DNA of 44,990 nucleotides from an uncultured Bacilli bacterium (lineage in GTDB: Bacteria; Bacillota_I; Bacilli_A; RF39; UBA660): the NCBI GenBank assembly GCA_944363795.1, contig CALVVG010000003.1, positions 1 through 44,990 of the forward strand, read 5' to 3'. This document shows, one piece after another, positions 9,833 to 20,693 of this stretch. The position numbers were made by a program, and so were the translations under genes. Below the pieces are notes generated by a model that saw nothing but the letters and a program-made list of their open reading frames with translations, was not told the DNA's origin and ran no database searches. How positions within the stretch are numbered: the first letter of the stretch is position 1; each line of letters starts with the position of its first letter.

Positions 9833-10657
9833 ATGCCCAAAAATAGAGAAATAATTATATTATTTAGTTTGTTATGTTTTGCAATTTTGTTGGTAATTGA
9901 TGATTTGATAACACAACAACAAGTAGAAAGCCAAGATAAAAACATATATTTAGATTTAGCCGATGTTAATAAAATAGTTGATGAAAATATGGAATTGATA
10001 GATAGTCAAATAAATTATTATAAAGAAAATTACCATGTTACAATTAATGTTCATAATATGCAGATAAATTCCGATTATAAATTAGAAAAAATAAATAGTA
10101 GTGAAATTATAATTGATTCATTAAATAAATTAGGAAAATATTTTAATATACTAGGAAAAGAATTTTTTATTAATTTTTATAAAAATAATATGAGTGGTTT
10201 ACAAATATATTTGGTAAATAATATAAGTAATAATAATAAAAGTTCTAAAACGACAGATGTTGTTGGTTTATTTTTAAAAAAAAATAATCAATACATAATT
10301 GTATTAAAGGTTAATAGTAATGAAGATATAGTTAATATTGCTTTTCATGAAACAATGCATGCAATTGAGGAGTATTTACATAATTTCAATGAATATTTTG
10401 CAAAATGGAATTATTTTAATCCTCCAGAATTTTCCTATTCTCAAATTTTTTATACCAAACAAATATTTAATGATACCATTGCGGGTAGTTTAAATTTTAA
10501 TGATGTTTATTTTATTGATAATTATGCTAGAAGTAGTGCAATGGAAGATCGAGCAAGAATGTTTGAATATTTATGTTTAGATGTAAATATAAACAATTAT
10601 CCTAATTTAATGTTAAAAGCTCAATATTTAAAAGAAATATTAAAAAAGTATATTTAA
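9833..10657 (+). CDS. membrane-anchored putative zinc metallopeptidase
   Basis: N-terminal TM; HETMH (HExxH) plus downstream YARSSAMEDRA motif. Confidence 0.65.
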   Translation: MPKNREIIILFSLLCFAILLVIDDLITQQQVESQDKNIYLDLADVNKIVDENMELIDSQINYYKENYHVTINVHNMQINSDYKLEKINSSEIIIDSLNKLGKYFNILGKEFFINFYKNNMSGLQIYLVNNISNNNKSSKTTDVVGLFLKKNNQYIIVLKVNSNEDIVNIAFHETMHAIEEYLHNFNEYFAKWNYFNPPEFSYSQIFYTKQIFNDTIAGSLNFNDVYFIDNYARSSAMEDRARMFEYLCLDVNINNYPNLMLKAQYLKEILKKYI

Positions 10658-10700
10658 TTTAAACGAATAATTTGTTAAAATAAAGTAGGAGTTGAATTTT

Positions 10701-12122
10701 ATGAAAGTAAGAACACGTTTTGCCCCTAGTCCAACTGGATATATGCATATAGGAAACTTAAGAACTGCTATATTTGAATATTTGTTGGCCAAAAAATATA
10801 ATGGGGATTTTATATTAAGAATTGAAGATACTGATCAACAAAGAGCTGTTGATGGGGCAATTGAATTTATATATAAAACGTTAGAATTATGTAATTTTAA
10901 AATAGATGAAGGGCCAATGAATGAAAAAGAATATGGGCCATATATCCAAAGTGAAAGAAAAGATATTTATAAAAAATATGCTTTGGAATTAGTAGAAAAG
11001 CAAAGAGCTTATTATTGCTTTTGTACTGAAGAAGAATTAGAAGAAATGCGTAAAAAGGCAACACTTAGAAAGAAGCCATTTTTATATGATGGTAGATGTA
11101 GTCATTTAAGTAAAGAACAAATAGCAGAAAATTTAAAAAATGGTGTTCCATATGTAATTAGACAAAAAATGCCTAAAACTGGTGTTACAATAGTTGAAGA
11201 CATTATATATGGAAAAATTAAAATAGATAATAGTATTTTGGATGACCAAATACTTCTTAAAAGTGATGGCTTTCCAACTTATAATTTTGCTAATGTTGTA
11301 GATGATCATTTAATGAAAATTACTCATGTTATTCGTGGTAAAGAATATTTAGATCAAACAGCAAAATATAATTTATTATACGATGCTTTTGGTTGGGAAA
11401 AACCTATTTATGCTCATGTTGCTATGGTGTTAGGGGAAGATGGTAATAAACTTTCTAAACGAAATGGTGATGCTTCATTTATGGATTTATTTGATATGGG
11501 ATTTTTGCCTGAAGCAATAGTAAATTATTTAAGTTTATTGGGCTGGAGTCCAAATAATAATCAAGAGTTTTTTACCATGGAAGAATTAATTGCAAATTTT
11601 GATGAGTCAAGAATTAGTAAATCATCTAGTCAATATGATGTAAAAAAATTAGAATGGTTTAATCATCATTATATTATAAATATGGATAATCAAAAATATT
11701 TAAATTGGATAAAAAAATACTTTAAGCAAGACGTTCATGACAAAGATGAAAATTGGATTGATAAATTGTTGCTTGTTTATAAAGACCATTTAAATTATGG
11801 AAAACAAATTAATGAAGTTACAAATAATTTCTTTATTAAAGATATTTCTTTAGATAATGAAGAAATAGAATTTCTAAAAAGTGATGAAAAAATTTCTACA
11901 ATTTTAAAAGAATATTCGAAAGAAATTGAAAGTATAATAGAGTGGTCTGTTGAAAATATCAATAAAGCTATTGAAAATGTCAAAAATAATTTAGGTGTAA
12001 AAGGAAAGTTGCTTTACATGCCCATTAGAATTGTTGCCAGTGGTTTTATGCATGGGCCAGAGTTAGCTGATACTTTATATTTAATTGGAAAAGATACAAT
12101 ACTTGATAGGTTAAATAAATGA
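10701..12122 (+). CDS. gltX: glutamate--tRNA ligase
   Basis: RFAPSPTG, HIGN, LRIEDTD, KLSKR; ATG 10701 follows AGGAG. Confidence 0.97.
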   Translation: MKVRTRFAPSPTGYMHIGNLRTAIFEYLLAKKYNGDFILRIEDTDQQRAVDGAIEFIYKTLELCNFKIDEGPMNEKEYGPYIQSERKDIYKKYALELVEKQRAYYCFCTEEELEEMRKKATLRKKPFLYDGRCSHLSKEQIAENLKNGVPYVIRQKMPKTGVTIVEDIIYGKIKIDNSILDDQILLKSDGFPTYNFANVVDDHLMKITHVIRGKEYLDQTAKYNLLYDAFGWEKPIYAHVAMVLGEDGNKLSKRNGDASFMDLFDMGFLPEAIVNYLSLLGWSPNNNQEFFTMEELIANFDESRISKSSSQYDVKKLEWFNHHYIINMDNQKYLNWIKKYFKQDVHDKDENWIDKLLLVYKDHLNYGKQINEVTNNFFIKDISLDNEEIEFLKSDEKISTILKEYSKEIESIIEWSVENINKAIENVKNNLGVKGKLLYMPIRIVASGFMHGPELADTLYLIGKDTILDRLNK

Positions 12123-12505
12123 AAAAAATATTTAGATTGATATTAGTATTATTAATAATAATATTAATTATTTTTGGAGTTTACAAATTTTTCTTCGATT
12201 GTCAAAAATATAACGTTGATTTTGATAAGTATTTTACATTGCAAGAAATGGATTACGCAATTATTGGTAAAGAAGCTACATTAAAATTGTTAGCTATAAA
12301 TGAAGATAAATGTTTAAATAATAATTGTGAGTATGATGGTCAAGAAGTTGTAAAGTTTTTAATTATGAATGAACATAAAATTGCATATATTAAATTAGGT
12401 ACTTTAGAAGAAAATAAAAAAACTATTAAGGATACTGATTATATTGTTGAACTTATCAAAGTAGATGACAATGGTGCAACATTTGAAGTAACTAAAAAAC
12501 AATAA
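12119..12505 (+). CDS. hypothetical membrane-anchored protein
   Basis: 128-aa ORF coupled to gltX (ATGA overlap); N-terminal TM. Confidence 0.7.
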   Translation: MKKIFRLILVLLIIILIIFGVYKFFFDCQKYNVDFDKYFTLQEMDYAIIGKEATLKLLAINEDKCLNNNCEYDGQEVVKFLIMNEHKIAYIKLGTLEENKKTIKDTDYIVELIKVDDNGATFEVTKKQ

Positions 12506-12520
12506 GGAGATTTAAAAGTT

Positions 12521-13921
12521 ATGAAGATATATAATACACTTACTAGAACAATAGAGGAATTTATACCCTGGAATAAAGATTTAATCAGTTTTTATACTTG
12601 TGGTCCTACAGTATATCATTATGCCCATATTGGAAATATGCGAAATTATATTGGTCATGATATATTAGATAAAACTTTGCGTTATTTAGGATATAATGTA
12701 AAAAGAGTTATGAACATTACTGATGTTGGCCATTTAACTAGTGATTCTGATTCTGGTGATGATAAAATGGTAAGCAGTGCTAAAAGAGAAAATAAAACAG
12801 TTATGGATATTGCTAGATTTTATACCGATGCTTTTTTTAGAGATTTTGAACTTTTAAATAATCGAATGCCTGAAGTTGTTAGTCCAGCAACTGCTAATAT
12901 TCATGAATATATTAAAATCATAACAAAATTATTAGATACTAATTATGCTTATAAGTCTGGTGGTAATATTTATTTTGATACTACGAAACTAGATGATTAT
13001 TATAAATTGACAAATCATAAAGCTGATGAAATGGTAGTTGGAGTACGTGAAGGGGTAGAAGAAGATTCATCTAAAAAAAATCAAAATGACTTTGTTTTGT
13101 GGTTTACTAAGTCTAAGTTTGAAGATCAAGAATTAAAATGGGATAGTCCTTGGGGATTAGGTTATCCAGGATGGCACATTGAATGTACTGGGATAAGTAT
13201 CAAATATTTAGGTGAATATTTGGATATTCATGGTGGTGGAGTAGATAATATATTTCCTCATCATACTAATGAAATTGCACAAAGTGAAGCTTATATTGGT
13301 CACAAATGGTGTAATTATTGGTTTCATAATGAACATTTAAATGATGAAACTGGAAAGATGAGTAAAAGTAACGGTGCAATATTGACTGTTAGTGTTTTAA
13401 AAGAAAAGGGCTATAATCCATTAGCTTTTAGATTTATGTGTCTAATGAGCCATTATCGGCGACAACTAGTATTTTCTTATGATGCACTAGATGGGGCAGC
13501 TAATGCTTATAAAAAATTATTAAATAAAACAAGTAATATAAAATTTGGAGAAAATGTAAGTAAAAAGGATTATCAACTATGGAACGATAAATTTAAAGCT
13601 TGTCTAGAAGATGATTTAAATACAGCTAATGCTTTAACAGTTTTATATGATTTATTAAAAAGCAATGTAAATGATGATACGAAATATCATCTAATCAGTA
13701 AATGGGATGAAGTTCTTAGTTTGGATTTATTAAAAAAAGAAACCAAAAAAGCTCAAAATGAAGAATATATTTTAGAAATGATTAAAAAAAGAGATGAAGC
13801 TAAAAAAAATAAAGATTATCAATTAGCCGATGAAATACGGAGTAATCTATTAAAACAAGGTATTATTTTAAAAGATACAAAGGAAGGAACATTTTACGAA
13901 TTAGATGAAAAAATTTCTTAA
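12521..13921 (+). CDS. cysS: cysteine--tRNA ligase
   Basis: CGPTVY, HIGN, PGWHIEC, FPHH, KMSKS. Confidence 0.97.
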   Translation: MKIYNTLTRTIEEFIPWNKDLISFYTCGPTVYHYAHIGNMRNYIGHDILDKTLRYLGYNVKRVMNITDVGHLTSDSDSGDDKMVSSAKRENKTVMDIARFYTDAFFRDFELLNNRMPEVVSPATANIHEYIKIITKLLDTNYAYKSGGNIYFDTTKLDDYYKLTNHKADEMVVGVREGVEEDSSKKNQNDFVLWFTKSKFEDQELKWDSPWGLGYPGWHIECTGISIKYLGEYLDIHGGGVDNIFPHHTNEIAQSEAYIGHKWCNYWFHNEHLNDETGKMSKSNGAILTVSVLKEKGYNPLAFRFMCLMSHYRRQLVFSYDALDGAANAYKKLLNKTSNIKFGENVSKKDYQLWNDKFKACLEDDLNTANALTVLYDLLKSNVNDDTKYHLISKWDEVLSLDLLKKETKKAQNEEYILEMIKKRDEAKKNKDYQLADEIRSNLLKQGIILKDTKEGTFYELDEKIS

Positions 13922-15077
13922 AATAATTATAGTATTTTTAGTAGCATTACCATTATATGTAAATGCTATAGATCTTGATTTAAGTGCGCAAAATATAATC
14001 CTTTATAATTTAGATGATGAATCTATATTATATGAGGTTAATAGTAATGAAAGAACTAATATAGCTAGTTTAACTAAGATAATGACTTCTTTAGTAGCAT
14101 TAAATAATATTGATGATTTAAATGAATATATAATAATTACTTCCAAAGATTTTGAAGGAACAAATGGTTATTCTAAAGCCGGGTTTCAAATCGGAGATAA
14201 AGTTACTTACTTAGATTTACTTTATGGGGTTTTGCTTCCTAGCGGAGCAGATGCTGTAAATGCTTTAGTAAATAATACTTTAGGATATACTGATTTTATT
14301 GTACAAATGAATAATTTGGCGCATCAAATAGGCTTAAAAAATACAGAATATTCTAATCCTATTGGAAAAGATGATATTAATAATTATTCAACAGCTTATG
14401 ATGTTGCTAGTTTATTAAAATATGCTTTAAGTAATGAAGTATTTAAAAAAATTTTTACTACAAAAGAGTATATAACAACTAATGGTATAAAAATGGAAAG
14501 TACATTATACCCTTATAAAGACATATTAGAAATTGATAAAATATTAGGATCTAAAAGTGGTTTTACCAAAGGCGCTGGACGTTGTTTAGCATCAATTACA
14601 AATTTAAATGATGTCGATTATTTATTAGTGGTTTTAAATTCTAGTTTGGATTTTGCTTATAGTGCTGTTAAAGATACGTTAAATATTTATGATTATTACA
14701 ATGATAATTACAGTTATCAAACAATCTTACAAAAAGGTAATGTTATTACCACTATTCCAATAAATTGGAGTAAAGAAAAGGAATATACAATAACCGCTTT
14801 AAAAGATGTTGAACTTTTTTTAAAAAATGATACAGCAAAAAATTTAGAATATGTTTTCGATGGAGTCAATGAAATAGAAAAGGGAACGGAAAAAGGAACA
14901 AAATTGGGTACTATCAAAGTATTATATGGTGATACTATTTTATATAAAGAAGATGTATTATTAAATGAAAATATTGAATATTATAATCCAATAGTATTAT
15001 TAATAATTTTATTATTATTGATAGTATTAATTGTTAAATTTATGAAAAAAAGAAAAATAAATCGCAAACGCAAATAG
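13905..15077 (+). CDS. D-alanyl-D-alanine carboxypeptidase (peptidase S11, DacA/DacB-like)
   Basis: Signal peptide, IASLTKIMT (SxxK), SGAD, KSGFT, C-terminal TM anchor. Confidence 0.9.
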   Translation: MKKFLKIIIVFLVALPLYVNAIDLDLSAQNIILYNLDDESILYEVNSNERTNIASLTKIMTSLVALNNIDDLNEYIIITSKDFEGTNGYSKAGFQIGDKVTYLDLLYGVLLPSGADAVNALVNNTLGYTDFIVQMNNLAHQIGLKNTEYSNPIGKDDINNYSTAYDVASLLKYALSNEVFKKIFTTKEYITTNGIKMESTLYPYKDILEIDKILGSKSGFTKGAGRCLASITNLNDVDYLLVVLNSSLDFAYSAVKDTLNIYDYYNDNYSYQTILQKGNVITTIPINWSKEKEYTITALKDVELFLKNDTAKNLEYVFDGVNEIEKGTEKGTKLGTIKVLYGDTILYKEDVLLNENIEYYNPIVLLIILLLLIVLIVKFMKKRKINRKRK

Positions 15078-15189
15078 CATTTATAAAAACTTTTTTTTTG
15101 ATATAACAAATGTAAAATTTACATATAAAAAATAAGAAAACTTTTTTCTTGTTTTTTCTTTTGTTATAATTATTAAAAAGGGAGAGCTT

Positions 15190-15891
15190 ATGGTAAAAAT
15201 TAATCATTTAGGTATTATAGTTGATGGTAATGGACGTTGGGCTAAAGAAAAAGGTTTAAATAGAAGTATGGGGCATAAGCGGGGAGCTGAAGTATTAAAA
15301 GATATTATTCTTTATTTAAATCGTGAAAAATTAGTAAATTATTTAAGTTTATACGTGTTTTCAACTGAAAATTTTGATAGACCCCAAGAGGAAGTAAATT
15401 ATTTAATGGAGCTTTTTTTAAAATGGTTTAAAACAGTTGAAAAGGAGTATACTCAAGAAAATATAAAAGTTTATTTTTCAGGACGAAAAGAATATCTAAG
15501 AAGTGATATAGTTGATGCAATGATATTACTAGAAGAAAAAACTAAAAATAATACGGGATTGGTGGTAAATTTTTGTTTAAGTTATGGTGGAAGAGCAGAA
15601 ATAGTTGATGCCACTAAAAAAATTGTAAATAAAGTTATCAATAACGAATTAAATATTGAAGATATTGACGAAAAGTTATTTAGTCAAAATTTATATCACA
15701 ATTTACCAGATATAGATTTTCTAATAAGAACTAGTGGTGAAAATCGAATTAGTAATTTTATGTTATGGCAGATATCATATGCTGAATTTTATTTCCCTAA
15801 AACTTATTTCCCAGATTTTAATCTTGATGAGGTCAAAAAGGCTTTTGAGGAATATGCAAAAAGAGATCGTAGATTTGGGAGAGTGAAGTAA
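15190..15891 (+). CDS. uppS: undecaprenyl/polyprenyl diphosphate synthase
   Basis: IVDGNGRWA, FSTENF, YGGRAEI, IRTSGENRISNF, RRFG. Confidence 0.96.
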   Translation: MVKINHLGIIVDGNGRWAKEKGLNRSMGHKRGAEVLKDIILYLNREKLVNYLSLYVFSTENFDRPQEEVNYLMELFLKWFKTVEKEYTQENIKVYFSGRKEYLRSDIVDAMILLEEKTKNNTGLVVNFCLSYGGRAEIVDATKKIVNKVINNELNIEDIDEKLFSQNLYHNLPDIDFLIRTSGENRISNFMLWQISYAEFYFPKTYFPDFNLDEVKKAFEEYAKRDRRFGRVK

Positions 15892-16319
15892 TGGATTTAT
15901 ATAATAAAATTTTAAATATAAAAGGACAAAATACAGAAAATGCCATTATTGATGCTATAAAAGAAGTAAAGATAAAACTAAATAATTTAAATTATGAAAG
16001 AATGTGTTTAGTTTATAATAGTTATCTTTATGAAGCTTTAATAAAAAGACATGTACTAGTTCATATTGTTGATACAAAGGACTTAAATGCAACTTTTGAA
16101 CATAGATTTTTAATAGTATTTGATGGTCAAAATTATTATTTATGTGACTTAACTTATTCTCAATTCAAAGATGATGTTTATTTAATAAGCTTATTAAAAG
16201 ATGGATATATTAAATGTAATAATGAAATAATAAATTTATATTTAAAATTAATTTTACAGGAAAATAAAAAAATTAGTATAGATAAAGTTTTTAATAGTAA
16301 TAATATGGTTAGAAGGTGA
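15891..16319 (+). CDS. hypothetical protein, possible Cys-His-Asp transglutaminase/papain-like fold
   Basis: 142 aa, coupled to both neighbours; MC...EHRFL...YLCDLT spacing. Confidence 0.55.
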   Translation: MDLYNKILNIKGQNTENAIIDAIKEVKIKLNNLNYERMCLVYNSYLYEALIKRHVLVHIVDTKDLNATFEHRFLIVFDGQNYYLCDLTYSQFKDDVYLISLLKDGYIKCNNEIINLYLKLILQENKKISIDKVFNSNNMVRR

Positions 16320-17221
16320 AAATTTTGAATAAAATAGTAATAATAGGTTGTGGCAATGTAGGCATGAGTTATGCTTATGCCTTAGTTAATCAAAAATGCC
16401 CAGTGGACGAATTAGTTTTAATAGATAAAAATAATAACAAAGCAGAAGGAGAAGCAATGGATTTGAATCATAGTATTCCATATTCTCCAAATAATTTGAG
16501 CATTAAAGCTGGTAATTATGACGATTGTAAAAATGCTAAAATAGTTATGATTGCAGCTGGAGCTAATCAAAATATCGGAGAAACTCGTTTAGATTTAATT
16601 AATAAAAATGCTATAATTTTTAAAGAAATTATTAAAAAAGTAATGGCTACAAAGTTTAATGGAATCTTTTTAATTGCTACTAACCCGGTAGATATAACAA
16701 GCTATATAACTTATAAATATTCTAAACTACCAGCATCTAAAATTGTTGGAACTGGTACTAGTTTAGATACTGCAAGATTAAGATATATATTATCCAAAAA
16801 ATTTGAAATATTTCCTAAAAATGTTCATGCTTATGTTCTAGGAGAACATGGTGATTCAGAATTTGTGGCTTGGAGTAGCGCTATGATTGGTTCAGTAAAA
16901 ATTGATTCTTTACTTAGTGAAAGTGAAAAAAAAGAAATTAGTAAAGAAGTTCGTGATTCTGCATATAAAATTATTGAGAAGAAAGGAAATACCTCCTATG
17001 GAATAGGAATGTGTTTACTTAGAATAACTAATGCTATCCTAAATGATGAAAATGCTATTATAACAGTCTCTGCTTTTGAAAAAGATATCTATGTAAGTAG
17101 TCCATGTATTATAAATAAAAAAGGAATTAAAAGAAGATTAAAAATAGAATTATCAGAAAATGAGCAAGTATTATACAATAAATCGCGAAAAATAATTGAA
17201 GAAACTACAAAAAATGTGTAG
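16316..17221 (+). CDS. ldh: L-lactate dehydrogenase
   Basis: GCGNVG, AGANQ..GETRLDL (Gln specificity residue), NPVD, LDTAR, GEHGDS. Confidence 0.93.
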   Translation: MKILNKIVIIGCGNVGMSYAYALVNQKCPVDELVLIDKNNNKAEGEAMDLNHSIPYSPNNLSIKAGNYDDCKNAKIVMIAAGANQNIGETRLDLINKNAIIFKEIIKKVMATKFNGIFLIATNPVDITSYITYKYSKLPASKIVGTGTSLDTARLRYILSKKFEIFPKNVHAYVLGEHGDSEFVAWSSAMIGSVKIDSLLSESEKKEISKEVRDSAYKIIEKKGNTSYGIGMCLLRITNAILNDENAIITVSAFEKDIYVSSPCIINKKGIKRRLKIELSENEQVLYNKSRKIIEETTKNV

Positions 17222-17265
17222 TTTTTTAATTTTTGTGATAGAATATAGGCCTGAAAGGGGAAAAT

Positions 17266-18273
17266 ATGAAAGTAAGTGTAATTGTTCCTATATATAACGA
17301 AGGTGAATATTTAGCAAATTGTTTAAATTCATTAGTTAATCAATCGTTATCGGATATAGAAATTATTGCAGTAGATGATTGCTCTACAGATAATAGTTTT
17401 AAAGTTTTAAAAGAATATGAAACAAAATATCCGAATAAAATACGAATTTTTCGAAATGAAAAAAATTGTGGTGTAGGATATTCAAGAAATGTTGGTTTAA
17501 AAAATGCTAAGGGTACATATATAGGTTTTGTTGATAGTGATGATTATATAAGTAAAAACATGTATGAAGATATGTATAATGCTGCCTTAATAAACAATTA
17601 TCCGGATATTGTTACTACTAGAATAGTATTTACTAATAATGATGAATATTTAAATATGAAATTTCAACATATGTATAACGGATATGCTTATAATCCAATA
17701 GAAAAACCTTTTAAAGTTTTAGAAGAATCACCAACAGTTTGTAATAAAATTTATTTGCATTCATTTATTAGAAAATCACAATTTTTAGTAGGAAAACGTT
17801 GGGAAGATGTTCATTTTAGTTATGCTAGTTTATTTAATGCATCAAAAGTAGTAGATACTAGTAGTACTGGCTATTTTTACCGAAAAATAGATAATAGGGG
17901 TATGCACTCACTTGGCTATAAACCTCATAATCATTTATATGATATATTTGATATATTAGATGCTATTACAACTGATACAAAGAAAACTGGTAGATATGAA
18001 AAATTACAAAAAGAAATATTGTTAGTGCAAATTAAATATATTTTGATAAGAATGTATGAGGTTTTAAATTGGAAAATATCGGAAGAAGAAAAAGAAAAAA
18101 TAATTTGGCAAATGCATAAAATAACAAAAGAAAAATATATTGATTGGCGAACACTAAATTATGAATATTTATCTTCTATAATTGGTATATTGGATTTAGA
18201 AAAAATAGAAAATATAATAAATAAAAAAGAAAAGTTACTAAGTGAAAATAACACTTTAAATAGGGGGAATTAA
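17266..18273 (+). CDS. glycosyltransferase family 2
   Basis: VSVIVPIYN, DDCSTD, SRNVGL, FVDSDD, WED. Confidence 0.92.
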   Translation: MKVSVIVPIYNEGEYLANCLNSLVNQSLSDIEIIAVDDCSTDNSFKVLKEYETKYPNKIRIFRNEKNCGVGYSRNVGLKNAKGTYIGFVDSDDYISKNMYEDMYNAALINNYPDIVTTRIVFTNNDEYLNMKFQHMYNGYAYNPIEKPFKVLEESPTVCNKIYLHSFIRKSQFLVGKRWEDVHFSYASLFNASKVVDTSSTGYFYRKIDNRGMHSLGYKPHNHLYDIFDILDAITTDTKKTGRYEKLQKEILLVQIKYILIRMYEVLNWKISEEEKEKIIWQMHKITKEKYIDWRTLNYEYLSSIIGILDLEKIENIINKKEKLLSENNTLNRGN

Positions 18274-18274
18274 A

Positions 18275-19180
18275 ATGATAAAAAATATTGATCCGAGAGT
18301 TTTTCATGTAATAGATAAAATTTATTATGCTAAATTATTACAAAGCAGTCAAAATAAGTTATCTTTACAAAAAACACAAGAATTGGATTTTGAAAAAAAT
18401 GTTAATGAATTAAATAGTATATTACATTCATTACTATTTAGTATTAGCCAAAATATTGATACAAACGAATTATTTAATCAATTAGTAAAAATAGCCGATT
18501 TAAATATTCCAATAGTTACTGAAATTTTGAAAAAATATAATTATCAAAGGAATATTGATGCTGCAATTATTAAGTTTATTGGTGGTCAAAATTTACAATT
18601 AGAAGAACATAGTTTGCTAGAATGTTATATTAGACAAAATACACTAGATAATGATGTAGAAGCAATATTTGATAAATGTTTGAATAATGTTTTTAATCAA
18701 AATTATGAAATTGATTATGAATTATTTAAAATACTATTTATAAAATATAGATTACAAAAATTCAAAAATCAAAATATTAATGTAAATAATTATTGGAATT
18801 CTTTGTATAATCAATCGTTATCAGTAAATGAATCGATGATTAAAGATCTTTTTACTGCAAATAATATCTTGGCAATTATAAATATATTTTATATATTAAA
18901 AAAGTTAGAACAAAATAAATTAAATTTTGTAGATGATGATTTGTATCAAGAAAATAAAGAGTTATTTATTGAAAATGTAGTTGCTCAATATGATGCTATA
19001 GAATGTAGTTTAAATTATTTATACAATATTGGAATTTTTTTGAAAGATGAAGTTAGGTATCGTGATCAACAAACAAGTTTACTTAGAATAATTCAAGAAA
19101 ATGATAATAATTATAATAAACAGGAAACTAATTCAAACATTCAATATTTAAGTAAGTATCGTAAAAAAAAATGCTGTTAA
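18275..19180 (+). CDS. hypothetical protein
   Basis: 301-aa ORF with GGGG RBS immediately after the GT2 gene; no motif recognised. Confidence 0.65.
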   Translation: MIKNIDPRVFHVIDKIYYAKLLQSSQNKLSLQKTQELDFEKNVNELNSILHSLLFSISQNIDTNELFNQLVKIADLNIPIVTEILKKYNYQRNIDAAIIKFIGGQNLQLEEHSLLECYIRQNTLDNDVEAIFDKCLNNVFNQNYEIDYELFKILFIKYRLQKFKNQNINVNNYWNSLYNQSLSVNESMIKDLFTANNILAIINIFYILKKLEQNKLNFVDDDLYQENKELFIENVVAQYDAIECSLNYLYNIGIFLKDEVRYRDQQTSLLRIIQENDNNYNKQETNSNIQYLSKYRKKKCC

Positions 19181-19241
19181 CAATTATAAAATAATTATAC
19201 TTGAGTTTTAATTTATAGGATATCATTTAGCTGGGGGTAAA

Positions 19242-19601
19242 ATGAAAATTAATGAAGTTTGCCCTAAAATATAATTTGTCATCTGAAACTTTAAAGTATT
19301 ATGAAAAAATTGGTTTAATTGAAAAAGTTGCTAAAAAATCAGGTATTAGAGATTATAAAGATGAAGATTTAGAAAGAATAAGTTTTATAATTTGTATGAA
19401 ACATGCTGGATTAAGCTTAGAGGATATAAAAAAATTTATTGATTTAAATAAATTGGGAGATACGACATTGGATGACAGATTAAAATACTAGGAAGACAAA
19501 GACAAATATTATGTTCAGAGATAAAAGCTAAAAATGAAACATTAATTTATTTAAATTATAAAATTAATCTTTATCAGCAAAAGCTAAATAAAAATTTTTA
19601 A
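19242..19601 (+). pseudogene. MerR-family (AdhR/NmlR-like) regulator with two frameshifts
   Basis: Removing one T at ~19260 and adding one A at ~19485 gives MKINEVALKYNLSSETLKYYEKIGLI...FIICMKHAGLSL...RLKILGRQRQIL...LNYKINLY. Confidence 0.8.
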
Positions 19602-19641
19602 AATTTTTGACGAAATTTAAAAGCATTTCGTTTTTTTTTTT

Positions 19642-19672
19642 TTGACTTAGAATTAACTTTAACTGATATAAT
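19642..19672 (+). promoter_or_regulatory. MerR-type promoter with 19-bp spacer and dyad operator
   Basis: TTGACT (19642-19647), 19 nt, TATAAT (19667-19672); imperfect dyad CTTAGAA-TTAA-CTTTAAC overlapping the spacer. Confidence 0.8.
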
Positions 19673-19704
19673 ATAAATGTATTAAAATAAAGGAGACATA
19701 AATT

Positions 19705-20589
19705 ATGGAAAAATCAAAAGTATATTTTATTAAAGATATTAGTTCAGAGAATATTATAAAAGCATATAATGCTTTAAACAAAAAATTGGAAGGAAGAATT
19801 GCTATTAAAGTGCATTCTGGAGAAGCTGGAAATCAAAATTATTTAAAACCAGATTTTATTAAAGATATTGTTAATTATGTTAATGGAACAGTTGTCGAAT
19901 GTAATACCGCTTATGAGGGGGCTAGAAATACTACGGAAAAGCATCGTGAATTGCTTAAAGTTCATGAGTGGAATAAATATTTTTTATTTGATTTAATGGA
20001 TGCCGAAGGACCTGATTTAGAACTTGAAGTTCCAAATGGTATAATTTTAAAGAAAAATTATGTTGGTAAAGATTTAGCTAAATATGATTCTTTACTCGTA
20101 CTTTCGCATTTTAAAGGACACGCTATGGGAGGATACGGTGGAGCATTAAAACAACTTTCGATAGGTTGCGCATCATCTGCTGGTAAAACATTAATTCATA
20201 CTGCAGGTACAACAGATAATCAATATGAATTATTTAATAATTTACCTGAACAAGATAGATTTTTAGAAGCTATGGCAGATGCTGCATCAAGTGTAGTAAA
20301 TCATTTTAATGGTAATGCTATTTATATTAATATAATGAAAAATATTTCAGTAGATTGTGATTGTGACGGAAATGCATCTGCACCATGTATGCAAGATATT
20401 GGAATTCTTGCTAGTCTTGATCCTGTTGCTGTAGATCAAGCTTGCTTAGATTTGGTATATAATTCCAATGATTCTGGTAAAGATAAATTAATAAAAAGAA
20501 TTGAATCTTTACATGGTATTCATACAGTTGAAGCAGCTGCTAAATTAGGCATTGGATCACGAGAATATGAATTAATAAATGTTGATTAA
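19705..20589 (+). CDS. DUF362-domain putative Fe-S protein
   Basis: IKVHSGE, ECNTAY, SHFKGHAMGGYGGALKQ, DCDCD, DPVAVDQAC. Confidence 0.85.
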   Translation: MEKSKVYFIKDISSENIIKAYNALNKKLEGRIAIKVHSGEAGNQNYLKPDFIKDIVNYVNGTVVECNTAYEGARNTTEKHRELLKVHEWNKYFLFDLMDAEGPDLELEVPNGIILKKNYVGKDLAKYDSLLVLSHFKGHAMGGYGGALKQLSIGCASSAGKTLIHTAGTTDNQYELFNNLPEQDRFLEAMADAASSVVNHFNGNAIYINIMKNISVDCDCDGNASAPCMQDIGILASLDPVAVDQACLDLVYNSNDSGKDKLIKRIESLHGIHTVEAAAKLGIGSREYELINVD

Positions 20590-20594
20590 TAAGT

Positions 20595-20622
20595 AAACTG
20601 TCTAGTAATTAGGCAGTTTTTA
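20595..20622 (+). terminator. intrinsic terminator
   Basis: AAACTGTCTA-5 nt-TAGGCAGTTT(TT). Confidence 0.75.
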
Positions 20623-20693
20623 ATTACAATATTGTAATTATTAATATATAATGGTAAAATTAATATATAGTTTTAATAAGAAAAGGGATTATA

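Noticed and set aside
13905-15077. SGA in place of SxN suggesting an inactive carboxypeptidase
   Set aside because: SxxK and KSG are intact and I recall SGAD variants in Firmicutes S11 enzymes; not enough to claim novelty.
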